Source: Chlorokybus atmophyticus (taxonomy: Eukaryota > Plantae > Mesostigma and Chlorokybus algae). From it: a stretch of DNA of 64,000 nt. A program made the position numbers and the translations under genes. The stretch lies in the NCBI GenBank assembly GCA_009103225.1, contig RHPI01002119.1, positions 186,001 to 250,000 on the forward strand, written 5' to 3'. This document shows, in pieces, positions 27,201-39,334 of this stretch (positions within the stretch are counted from its first letter, which is position 1; each line of letters starts with the position of its first letter). A model generated the notes under the pieces. The model was not told the DNA's origin. It ran no database searches and was given only the letters and a program-made list of their open reading frames with translations.

Positions 27201-27453
27201 CCAGAGTTTTCACGACGTCATCGACACATGCGCTAGAAAGGCACTGGCTGCACGTGACCTGCCATTTCGCAGGCTATCGGGCTACTTGGCTCTGTACCGG
27301 CAGCGCGTGTCATGCGCGCTGCAGCGCGCACAGGGCATCACCGTCCTTGAGCGGGGGGCGGCAGTCGTAGCGGCAAAACCAGGCTGGGGTCCAGTCCAGA
27401 CGGCGGCGCCGACGGCGGAAGCGGACGCAGTGCTGGCAGCTGCGGCAGTGTAG
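24270..27453 (+). mobile_element. Non-LTR retrotransposon of the RLE type (CRE-like), single ORF broken by frameshifts
   Basis: N-terminal CDLC finger remnant, LLLLPRLLL, APGPSGWTYEH, RPIAVGDVLQRL, QYAV...SGAE, LDISNAFNTVDR, GTRQG/PL (frameshifted), FADN, CVCG...HLLRC and the RLE motifs RHD-like THD, RRVDL, DVTI, KRRKY and PLVAETHG. Frameshifts near ~24970, ~25445 and ~25735. Confidence 0.9.
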
Positions 27454-27674
27454 TTGTGTAGGCGTGCTTGCATGTGTAGGCGTGCTTGCCCACGTGCATG
27501 TGAGTATGCTTGTGCAACGATAGGCAGGGATGACAGTACATAGCTTGGTGTGACGATTTTGCTGTTAGAAGAGAAGTATTTTGGCGCTCCTCCGATAACT
27601 TCGTAGACGCGATCAATTCAAACTCCACGTCCTGGAAGATTATGGGGACGGTTTGCTCGGTTGTATCGCTGCAG

Positions 27675-27883
27675 GTGCTGCCACTGGTAGTGGAGTAGAG
27701 CGCCTGCGCAGTAACCACCGCATTGAACGAGAACTGCGCTTGAAAGAGGAGCAAGTGGCAACTTTGCTGCGAGTAAAAAACGAAGAGGTTTCAGCTTTAT
27801 TTCACAAATTTGCGCAACAGCTTGCAACTGCACAAGCTCAGCGGGCTGAATTTGCTGCGACAGCTAAATGCTCCATAGAGTGA
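27675..27883 (+). other. Orphan terminal exon-like coiled-coil ORF
   Basis: A tgcag acceptor precedes IERELRLKEEQVATLLRVKNEEVSALFHKFAQQL...*. No in-frame upstream exon was identified. Confidence 0.25.
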
Positions 27884-28740
27884 GTGCTCCACAAAGAGAT
27901 GCCAATGCGAATGCTCCACAGAGATGCTCCGCGTGCTTGTATTACTAATTGATTCGATGCTGGCACTTTGGATTGACTATTGTCTGTTGACCAGCTTGGT
28001 GCATTACTCTCTATCGGACGAACAGCAGCGTCTCAAGCTTCATGAGCGCATTGTCAAGTAGATGTAGTAGTGAACCGCCGTTGATGTTGTACCTCACATT
28101 ACATCAGTGTATAAGTAAAGGTGATTTTTGTGTACATTGTGTTTAGTCAACATGTAGTGGTTTCTGGAAATACAGCGACAGCGGATTTATGGAACATTGG
28201 TTATGCATTTACTATGTCCGCACATGTCGTTTGTTGTGCTAGTTGATAGGAAATCGATGTATGCAACGTGCTTATTAGTCACATTAAGCGTGTGAACTGC
28301 CGCTATGTGCATGCCGTTTGCTTTGTAGTGACAAGAAGATTGTAATGTTTTCCCTTTTCAACACCATTGTTCAAAGCGTGCAATGAGGATGTAGCTTTTG
28401 GGTGAGTCTACTGGGGATATTGATATGGTGATTGTAGTGCGTCTCCTCTCCTTACAATGCTGCATTGTTGTTGAGATTGTAGCTGCACTTCAGTAGTTGC
28501 ATGCTAAACCTCAAATCATGCGCAACGTCCGACGATCATAGGAAGTTGCGTTAAGAATACTCTTTAGCCTATGCTTGGCAACCAAGGCAATTGCCTAGCA
28601 ATGAGAAATGAGGCTAGTGAAACACAGCAGGTGAACATCACTGCTAGTAAACATTTTACAAACTAAATACATGAATTGTTGATTGCAACACCGATTATGG
28701 TGTACACAATGAAAACCTATTCACCCCACAGCCTGAACGT

Positions 28741-31700
28741 TTAAGGCAGCAGCTGGCAACTATCTACAAGCCTCTGCATGGACTCGAGAGTCTGTTCTGA
28801 GAAAGCCTTCACTTGAATATGGAAGGCCTGGTAAGCATTGATGTGATTCAATTGCACAAAGAGGGTACCTGACCCAACCAGCACACAAACTTAAGAACTT
28901 GTCACTCACCAGGAAGCGTTCTAGCACAGGAACCAATGGCAGCAGTGCATGTCCTGGCAGCATACTTAACACTTTCCGCCTTGTGACCGGGCTGCAAGGG
29001 CCGGTTGCCGTTAATGCGACATCATCTGAGCGGGATAGTACAACGATCCCACAAGCATAGCATACCTGTCACTGGCCAGTAACGCAAGCAAAATGGCAGA
29101 GTATGCTGCAATGATGGAGTCCTCAGCCTCTCGCCTGCCTTGTTCAAAGGAATCCCACTCGCTCATCTGGTTTCCATGGCAATATGTTGGACATTGCTAC
29201 CAAGATATGCAAGTTTAAAATGGATACAAACCATAAAAGCTACCTCGGCATGCAATGGCGATGGTTCATCCAGTTCGTCCTTTCCGTACTCGAGGAAAAG
29301 ATGCACCAGTTGATCCACAACTGAGGCGGCTGTCTCATCAGCAAGTTGCAGGGTGGCCAGCTTGCCCCTGACAAGGTTGGTATGTACGCACTGTGACCTA
29401 AGCGTGCAGGCTAGGATCCCATAGAGCAGTACCTGTTTGCTGCATCCTTCTCCACAAGGTTCACAAGCACACCCATTGCGGCGACGACAATATCAGACGA
29501 ACTGCTTGATACTGAGTTGACTGAATTCTGCGACTCCTCATTTGCGGTGCGCAAGATGATCTTGCTATTGGAAGGATAAAGCAGTGCCACCAGCGTTGGC
29601 ATACCATCGTTGGCCATGACTTGAGCACAGCCAGAAGGGCTGTTGTTCGTCAAGTTCAACAGCACCTGGCAAGGACATAGTGAGAGACTAGTAAACCTGG
29701 AAGCGCCTCATAAAGTGCACCCCTTTCCGGACGTATGTGACAGTCAGCCCAACTGGCAACAAGCTACCACAGAGGCTGACTCAACAATGGTAACCGCTGG
29801 GGTCTACTCACATTGCATTCATATAGAGCCAGCGTGTGCTAGCCCTTGGCATGATCCAAATGCCCCCCTACCCCCCGCGAAACGCCAATGAATTGGTCCA
29901 TTAGCAGACATACCTTGCTGGCTGCAATTGCGCACTCGTTGCGAAGGTCGCCCTCAGCACCACCTGTTAAGGTTGGGTTATGACAGATAAACAGGGCTGG
30001 AACAAACAGTATGCAACAGAACCAACCTGACATGTCTGCTCGCAATGACAGCACTTGCAGCACGCTGCGGATGAACGGCACCCAAGTGCCCTTGCCATCT
30101 CTGACCCGAAAGTCAATGAGATGTTGCTGCCGTTACACATGGCAAATGAGAATGTGGTCGCAGAGCAAATGTTGAGACATGGCATGGTCGGCAACATGAC
30201 AACTACTGAGACTAATCTGGCACATCTGATATACCTGGCTGGTCCTGTTCATGAAGCTCGCGTTATCTAAGATGTGCAAGCATCGCAATAGCATAACAAG
30301 TAAACTTGTAGCACTGTCTGGTTCTGCTTCTTCATTGTCAAAATCTAGAGCCGACTCAGGTGACTGCACCTGCTGTTTGTAAGTGAGGTCAAGTGACAGA
30401 TCAACGCAGCACTTCAGCACAAAGCACACGACCCCTGGGAGCGCACCTTCATGCTCAGTTTGCACCAACTGTCCGCCATCAGCTGCGCCACATCATCTAA
30501 GCCGCCTACTTCTCGAAACCTATCCTTGAACTCCGCTTCACCTTGCGACCTTCCGCTACAACTTACCCTCGCAACATCACAGCCTGCAAATAACGAGACA
30601 TATATAACCAAATGGACACTGCACGCAGTTGTAACAGACAGCATACATACGGACACGCAGAACCATGGCATGGCATACCTCGCTGACCAACAAATGCCAC
30701 TGTCAGCATGTCTTTTTCACTGCAGCCACTTCCGACTGCTATCAGCGCAAGTGTCCGTGTGTCCACGACCTCGTCTGGCAGCAGAGTCTGTGCAGGAGCC
30801 GCACTTGACAGCTCCCTCATGCTGACGCTGACTTGGCTGCCATCATCGTTGGTGCTGTCCACAAATAGGGCCTGCAGCCAGAAACATGTATGTAAAGGCT
30901 GCCTCTGCACAACTATCTGTGTCTACAAGGCAAGCAGTGAAGACTTAAACAGGTTCCAACATATTCAGCACGCAGGTGACTTATTAAGGGCACTGCAGGT
31001 ATGCACCCTGAGTTCTAATGTTGCCATTCACCAACTAGTGTCCATCACGAGGAGCATGGAACAACAACACACGTCCGATGGGCTTGAGCGGGGGCTACCT
31101 TGATGATTTCTGTCGCGGCGGTTGCACTCTTGTCCTGCGGCTTTACACTGGCAGGAACAAACTGATGTAGCAGCTTAACCAAGAACCGCACCGCTTCCAG
31201 TGAGTTGAACAGCAGCGCAGCATCGCCCTGCAAAATGACACTGATGAGCGATGCCTGCGACTCTACCGGACCACAACAGCATGGACTGATTTGTCATACA
31301 TCTTGAGCTAAGAAGTAAACCAGCGCTGCAGCTGCAAAGGCAGTCGCTTGGTCCTCCACTTTTACAGCCATCAGCAACTTCATAATAGCCGTTACTTGCC
31401 TGTTGCAAACACATTCACATTAGCAACCTGCGCTTGTGCTCGTGTTGAACTTACTGCAGAAAACAAGAGACAGAACAGTCATCAACACTCACTTGCACAG
31501 GCCTATGTAGGTGTACGCACCCGTGTGATCGCAGCAAACGACGTTGTGTTGCAGAAGCGCACAATGTTGCCAGAGCGCACAGCGCTGATCTGACAGCCCG
31601 CGCTGGCTGCCCGGGTTTGAGCCCCTCCAAGGCAAAATTAGCTTCGTCTATGGTGGCGAGCACCTCTCCGCTCTCCGTAGCTTCCATCAGCGAAGACGGC

Positions 31701-31853
31701 GCAGCTGCACACCTGCTGCTGCTGGGCGCATTGCCATTGGCAGACTTGGACCGCTTGCTGGACGTAAACTCCTTCTCCCGCATGCTTTGAATACTGCCAA
31801 ATGCTCTCCGCATGGCTGCAATGGGCGCAGACGCAGTTGCAACTGCTCGGACC

Positions 31854-31893
<40 letters not shown>

Positions 31894-32428
31894 GCTTGCG
31901 CACCGCGCTGAAGCCATCCTTGCTGTCCTTAGCAGCGATCACCTGGCTAGCCTCAGCAACCACCTGGACGGCACGTCGGGGCGGTGGTGCTCTCCTCCTT
32001 GCAGCTGCTGCTGAAGGTTTTGCTGACGGAGGAGGAGGCGGCGGCGGCGGTGGAGGCATGAGCACAGCCGCAGCCCGGCGGCGACGCTCCGTCAGGTCCT
32101 CCTCGACCTGGGCAATGCGACGGCGGCATTGCTGATTGTGATCCCAAGCCTTCTCCTCAGGTGACTCTGGGACGACGTCCACGTCGTTGTTGTCCTCCTG
32201 CTCGTGGTCAGCAGCAGGAACGGCAGCTGCACCCTCCGCAAACACGTCGTCCTGCGACTCGAAGGACGCCGGCAAGCAGGCAGCAGACGATCCCTGCGAC
32301 GACCACTCCCACGAGTTCTGCGAGTCGCTCAGCAGGCGCACCTCCGCCGCCCCTGTCGGCCCAGCTGCTGCTCCTCCTTCAGCCTGCAGCACAGCAGCAG
32401 CTTTGCGCCGCTGGTAGGTCCGCAGCAT
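28741..32428 (-). CDS. WAPL: Wings apart-like cohesin release factor
   Basis: Start MLRTYQRRK (plant WAPL begins M..RTYGRR). Motifs EATESGEVLATIDEANFALEGLKPGQP...RRLLRSHG, LDNASFMN, LLNLTNNS, GVLVNLVEKD and EAEDSIIAAYSAILLA. Last exon AFHIQ...LLP* with TAA at 28741-28743. About 10 or more exons. Confidence 0.88.
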
Positions 32429-32778
32429 TTGCACCTGTTGATCAGCTCGCCAGCTCCCTCATCCTGTGGAATCAGTAAATGAATCAATGCAAGCCAGCTG
32501 CAGCACAGTGTCGCACGCTGCCAACAACGAGGCCAACCACTTCGACAAGCACAACGAAACCTCCCGCCAGTGACACCGCCGCTGCAGCTTGCAGCACAGC
32601 TCTCATGCATTCGAACTCCAGAGTCAGAGTGAGTATCGCGTTCAAAACCTAATGACGCACGGTATTTCAAAGACTGTACCAAGGGAATGTCATGCTTATA
32701 TCCAGCAGCATGCACATGCTTACAGCCGATAGATGAATTAACTTCACCAGCTGTGAGCTTGCGTGCAATGCTGCATTT

Positions 32779-32830
32779 GGCGGCGGCGGCGGCGGCGGCA
32801 GCGGAGGAGGAGGAGGAGGAGGAGGAGGAG
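32779..32830. repeat. (GGC)n(GGA)n trinucleotide tract between WAPL and MED32-like
   Basis: Read directly. Confidence 0.85.
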
Positions 32831-33050
32831 TTGAAGCAGAAGTGACGCGCAGAGTTATCTGATCAGTAGCTTGTGTCTCCTGTTGTCATAGGGTAAGTTT
32901 TGCTGTACTCAGCTGGCGTGTCCTGCCGCGTTTGCAGCAATGAACACTGCGTGGAAGCTAGTTGCATGGCGTGCGTGCATGCGTGCGTGCATGTGTGTGA
33001 TGATTAATGATGCATTGATGGCAGGGTGAGCACGTGATGACCAATTGACC

Positions 33051-33868
33051 ATGACCACCGCTGGCTTGGAACAGTATGTTGACAGCCTGCAAGCGCAGTT
33101 TGAGGCGAGTTCACTTTGATTAGTGACGCCATATATCCCAGCAACCGAAGTAGTTTTAGCATGCAAGTAATGGGTTTTTGCACAATAAACAGGGTGTTGT
33201 GAATGCTGTGACGGACTACCTGCACGCAAAACATATTCAGGCAGCGCGCAGCAGGTGAGTGCTTTCACATTGTATAACGATGTAAAGGCACAGCATGGCA
33301 AAGCTTGTAACAGAATACAATGCATGTCTCTCGCTGTGCAGAGGTGAAGCTGTCGGCGACACGGCTAATGTCAATGAGGCCACAGCGCAAGAGGCTCTGC
33401 TGAACCGTCTGGAAGGATTTGAGTCAGCCTGCGATTTCCTTCAACAGTTGCTGGTAAGCAGCATTACACAGCATTAAGTTGTACTCAAAGAGACCCATGC
33501 GCGACGTGCATGCATGCATGCGACATGCACACACACAAGCGACGCGTTTGCACATGTGTGCGCATGCATATGTGCAACTCAGCATGCGTACGCGCATGTT
33601 GACATGCGTGTGCGTCTGTGACTGATGGTTGCGTTGTGCTTGATGTACACAGGAGCAAGCGAAGCAGAACTGGTTCTATCAGCAGGCAAGTGTGAGCAGG
33701 GGGCAGGAGAGTTTAATTGGGACGGGCGCTGTAATGACAGCTGCCCAGTCTCAGCAGCAGCAGCAACAACAACAGCCAGCAAGGCTTAACTTGACTGCAT
33801 TGGAGGAGCTCCACAAACTCGTACAGTCTGTTCACGAGGCACTGTCTTCCAGCGCAGCAGCACAGTAG
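33051..33868 (+). CDS. MED32: Mediator subunit 32 (MED2/29/32 family)-like protein
   Basis: Exons 33051-33104 (GC donor), 33193-33254, 33342-33453 and 33653-33868 join in frame: MTTAGLEQYVDSLQAQFEGVVNAVTDYLHAK...EALLNRLEGFESACDFLQQLLEQAKQNW...polyQ. Resembles the plant MED32 pattern VDSL..AYE...F..ACD...E..KQ. Confidence 0.6.
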
Positions 33869-35244
33869 CAACAGCAGGTTGTTTTGTGACAGACGGAACA
33901 GGTTATTCAGCAACCTGTTGTCTGCATCCTCATGTGGCGGGCAGTCACGTTATGAAGCTGGTAGATAAAAGTGAATGTACGGCGTGTATTCAACGTGCTG
34001 TGGAAATATACAGCGATTACAGTTGTGTAGTGTTTTGTGTAGGCAAGGACACGATCAGCAAGCACCGTCGTTACTCGGATTTGAAGCAGCCAACATTGCA
34101 GATTGCCTATGGATGAGTTCACAAGAACATGTTGGCCAACTTGACGACATGTCGACGAGTAAATCATTGCACTGTAATGAACGTCTGAGAGTCAGCGAAT
34201 CCATGGACAATGCACTGTGCCATCAGCGGAACACACGGCGCGAGACCACCGACTGTGAAGGCGATGCATGTGGTGCTGACGTCACACATGCATTCTGCAT
34301 GATACACTAACCCACATCGGCGTAGCGGCAGCGCCGGCGCTGCAGTGTGTCGGGCGGGGAGTAAGTGGTGGCGGAGTGGTCGAGGAGGGCGGGGGAGTCC
34401 TTGTGGAGTCTGCTATTGCCGCTGATGTCGTCGAGGATGGCCGCTAATCACAGCCGCGGTGCAGGTAATGGCACAAGTATGCATGCCTGCATGTCTAACA
34501 GGGCTTGGGCTAGTAGTGAAGATGGGTAGCTCAGGGTAGGTGGTAGGTATACAGCCCGGTGGTGAATGTAGGTGTTGTTGGTGTGTTGGACACTATGCAT
34601 GTTGATTGCCCGTTGCGCATCATGCATGCTGGCACAGCAGCATACCCCGTTTGTACCCTGCACTGGCTGCGATGTGAACGAAGCAACCAATAGACCTATT
34701 GTGCTATTAAGTGCATAAAGTAGATCAGTGCAAATGGACTCGACATCAACTCGACACTTTCACACACCAACAGCCACACCACAGGCCTGAAGGAGGATAT
34801 ATTTTATCAGAAGGGCATAATAATTGCCAGAGTAGAAGNNNNNNNNNNNNNNNNNNNNNNNNNNNNNNNNNNNNNNNNNNNNNNNNNNNNNNNNNNNNNN
34901 NNNNNNNNNNNNNNNNNNNNNNNNNNNNNNNNNNNNNNNNNNNNNNNNNNNNNNNNNNNNNNNNNNNNNNNNNNNNNNNNNNNNNNNNGGCAAATACAAG
35001 CCCCCCCTGGCAAAATAGGGTGCTTATGTAAACACTTACAAGCCCCCCAACCGTTTACAAGCCACATGACTCAACGGCGGCCATTATGCCCGGTGAGATA
35101 CGCCCCACGCGCTTGAGTTACGCTACTACATGCGCGATCGCGCACGTCAAGTGTCAAGTCACACTTGCCGCGCGCGACTCACTCAGTTCGCGACTTAACT
35201 CGCGCCGGATAAAGGCCTGCTGGCGCAACCGAGCCGAGCCCCCG

Positions 35245-35309
<65 letters not shown>

Positions 35310-35576
35310 NGGGGGGGGGGCTTCTGTCGGGGCCAACACGGTAGCTCTAACACCCCAAACTGCATGCTTGCAAAGCACATTGCAGCAGCAACCCCACAAG
35401 GCACATGTCGGTCTTGTGTTGTTGCTGTACACTGCTGAACTGCAACAGGCACCCACCTGTGCTGTCACTGAACAGGTGACTTCTGCAAGAAGCGCAAGCT
35501 TCACTCCCACTACTGTTACCATCAACATAAATCTCTCCAGGTTTATTGACAGTGTACAGAGTGGCATGCATGATCA

Positions 35577-37375
35577 CTAAACATCAACATCCACCGTGAA
35601 CTCTCGGCCTTCAGCCTTCTGCAATGCCTTCACAAAACCTGAGCGCAAAGCGAAGCAATATTTGTTGCCACGCATTCTTGTTCCATGCACTCAGCCTGCA
35701 AACCAGACAATGGCTTAGTGCAAACCATACCTGAGCCGATAATGCCCGTTGGTACCGCAAACACCGCCACAGCGATGAGCGCAATGAAGGATGTGACAAA
35801 TCGCCCTAGCGTGGTCACCGACATGGCCAAATCGGGCATATTACCGGTCAGCATCAGCAGGGCCGGGTACTGTTGAGGACAATGAGCATGAGAGTTCCAT
35901 GGTGAGACAGAGTTGGGCCTAATGAGTTGAACTTGAAACCCAATGCAGATAAAACAGTCTCAAACTCACCATGGCTGCAGGCACGCTGGTAAATGTGTGC
36001 TTCAAGGGGCCTCTGCTCTCAGTGAAGAAGAGTGCCGACGCAGCGAGAATCAGCAGTATGCCCGCGTACACGGTCGTGGCGATCAACAGGTTGATGTTTT
36101 CTTGAAGCACCTCGCCCATGAGTCCAAACGCCCTCATGTACTTCTCAGCCTAATGCAACAAGCGCATATATGTAGCTCATCATGCAGACACGACATACGC
36201 AAGTGCCAACACAGGGTGTGGCATGAGGCAATGAGGGAGTTGCACATGATTTAACCTTCAATAGCCTAAACACACGAAACACTCGGAATGCAGTTGTATA
36301 CTGAACCTCTCCAACACCTGGAAGCAAGCCTGCCAGTGGAACAGGTGGTCATTAAAGGGGAAACCAACAGTATGTTGTTCACACACGTGCACAAGCAATA
36401 TGTGCAAGGCAAGCCACACAATGTAGGGGTGTTGTTGCGCTTAGTTAAAAGGGCACACAGGCACACAACCACATCTTGCTGAAGACATGTAGCAACAATC
36501 GTGCATGCGGCTTACCAATATAGTATGGCAGGATGCTGACAAGGTCAATGAGAGGGAAGAATGTGAGCGCGTACCGCAGCCGCCCCGACCAGCCCTCATA
36601 TCCTTCTAACTCTGCAAACAGGAGGCAACCTCACAATCTTGACAAACATGATGCTGTCAAGCAGTGCAGAAAGAAATGAGGCGAGTGCAGCTGCATTGCC
36701 TGTGCATGACCATATGCGAAGGATGTACTCGATGGTGAATATGATGATGCTGATGCCTTCGACAAGCTCGAACTCGAAGGTGTAGTCCTCGTACCAGTTG
36801 TCAACAGTCGCAGCGGCAAACAGCACGACATTGATCACAATCAGAACCAGTATTGTATACTCGAACCATGTGTCCGCGTCCCCCTGCACTAAAGACAAGT
36901 GCAGCGGTGCTTAACTTGACGCCATGCTGTACAAGCAAACTGGCAGCTTGTGTACATGTGTAGCAACTGCAATTGTGGCATGCAATTGCAAGGCGTGCTG
37001 CATGGCCAGTGGGTACAAGTAAATTGCATGTTTTGGCAGCTGATGTGTACGTAAGGGTTTGATAATACACCTTGGCACGGGCAACGAGGGCCATTGCAGG
37101 CCATAGCGCACCTGGACAAGCTTGAAGATGTAGGATTTGTTGGGGTCTTTGCCCGAGATACGGCGGCGGCTGCTGGGAAATATGCCGTCGTATTCGCCGA
37201 CGCCCGGTAGGCGCTTGCTGCCCTTGCTGTCATGGTACCCGTCGCTGCCGTAGCCGCCGTCGTCGCCGCCGACGGTGGAGGCCACACCCCTGCTGCTGCT
37301 GCTTACAGGTGGCGGCGGAGAAGAAGCCTCTATGTCGCCACCGCCACCAGACCTCAACAGCGACTCCCTAGACAT
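35577..37375 (-). CDS. 6TM voltage-gated (Kv-like) cation channel with non-GYG pore
   Basis: S1 FEYTILVLIVINVV, S2 VEGISIIIFTIEYILRIW, S3 LIDLVSILPYY, S4 FRVFRVFRLLK, S5 LLIATTVYAGILLILAASALFF, pore YPALLMLTGNMPD, S6 FIALIAVAVFAVPTGIIGSGF. Stop TAG at 35577-35579. Confidence 0.85.
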
Positions 37376-39334
37376 GTCTGATACGTGGACAAGGACAACG
37401 ACAAGCAGGACCGACTGGTTGAGGAGTCCGTGACGGAGGCTCAACCCCGCCGCCGCTGTAACGCTGCGCTTTGGTCGTGTTCAAAGCTTGTCTTATCGTT
37501 GCATGATCTTGTCAATTGCAGCATGCATGCACGGGGATCTGAGCTGAATCTCCAAAGTTTCGTACAGTCCCATATGGTGACTTATGGTGACGATTTGTAA
37601 AAACTGTGAGGCGGCAATATCCTTTCAAGCAAAACGTGCTACTGCTGATAAGCATATAATTAAATCAATCATCCATAGCTTATGATATGGAGAGAAGCGC
37701 TGGTATCAATGGCTTGATCAAGTAAACTGAGCTGAAAATAGTGATGTTAACATAACCAACAGTAAATCTGCTTACAAAGCAAACTCAAAGCAAATGTGAC
37801 ACTGCAAGGAAGCAGTCCTAGTAGCACACACAGTGCAGCAGCATGAATTAACGTGGGGGCCAAGGTAGAGCTAGCAACCAACGAACCAACCAAGACAATA
37901 ACTACACCACTAGACCCTCAAAGGAGAGATAGCAGGCAGCAGGCAGGCAGTGTACAAAGCAAGAACAACTATATGCAAAGCGCAAGGAGACATGTTTCTT
38001 CTTATAGGTATAATTATCATCAATGTATTGCTACCATGATGCATTTGATGGTTACTTTGTGCTTCAATCGTAGCTTCAATTATTAGGTTCATCAAAAACA
38101 CAATAAGCATGTGAATTCTGGAGCTTACTTCATGCACCTTGTATGTGAATTGCATAGTTCCACTTGAATCAGCTCATGCTTATGTGGTCACGCAATTTCG
38201 TAGTGAATCAGCAAGACTACCCACGAAGTTTAATGATGCTACATATGGCAATAAACTAATCTACATGATTTATTGATGCACACTGCAAGTGCTGCACCCA
38301 AGGCTCCGACTTTTTTCATGCGTCCCAACAACATGAGGCTATGCACGCGTTGCACACAATTTATGTCATGTTGAGTCGTATAGTACACATGCGTACAGGA
38401 AATTGAAGACGCTATTGCATAATACAACCCCACCACCCAACCCCACCGACCACCTGCCTTACTGCCACGTAGCGGCCCTGCGCGGGGCAGTGCTGACGTT
38501 GGCACTGCGAGGATTAGGGTAACAAGAGACGCAGCAGCAGCTGCTGCGCAGAGCTGAGCTGGTGGCGGGAAGGGAGAGCAGGCGGGACGGAGTCGTCATC
38601 CTTGCTGCTGCTGTTGCTGCCGTGGTCAACGCCAACTAACAGAGCCCGTGTGGGCAGGTAATGCGCCACCAATATGCACGTATGCATGTCTAACGGGGAG
38701 GTCTAGACTAGTGTAGTGTAGTATAGTGAGGTTGGAACAAACAGTGTGCATAGCCCGGTGGTTGTGTTACAATGTGCTTGCATGCTGTTTGGCATGCTGT
38801 GAGTGATGTCATGCATGTCTACAACTACTGGCAGCATATTCTGTACACATGCGTGCATGAGTTGCTACTATGTATCTCAACCATCACTACATTGGATTGG
38901 TTGCAATGCATGCACATGTCAATACTATGATCCTTTACACATGCAAGCACCACCAGACTTGCCCCCCCAATGCCCGGACTCGACCGCAACTTGGCCGTGT
39001 GCCACAACTGCATGCATTGCGAATATTATACACATGTCGCAAACATACGCTCGGTTGGAGGCATGTCAAAGGCGTGTCAGCAAGCAGCATGCACATGGCA
39101 TCGCACGTGCAGTACAGCTAACTCCTTGGCAGCGCCCTCAACAACCATCTCCCAGCGCAATGTGCGAACTACTAAAGCAACCCTGCAGCATACATCGCTG
39201 TGCCACTCAACCGTGGGCCTATGCACTTTGCTGGACTAGCTGTGGTGGGCACAAACTTGACATCAAACTGATGTCTTTTGTGGATGCCAGCTCTGGCAAT
39301 GTAATGCAGAAGCTCCCAATTCAACAATGCGTGC

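Noticed and set aside
35086-35580. Poly-Pro/poly-Gly ORFs
   Set aside because: They come from a poly-C/N/poly-G run typical of assembly joins; the same applies around 58105-58415 and 54625-54648.
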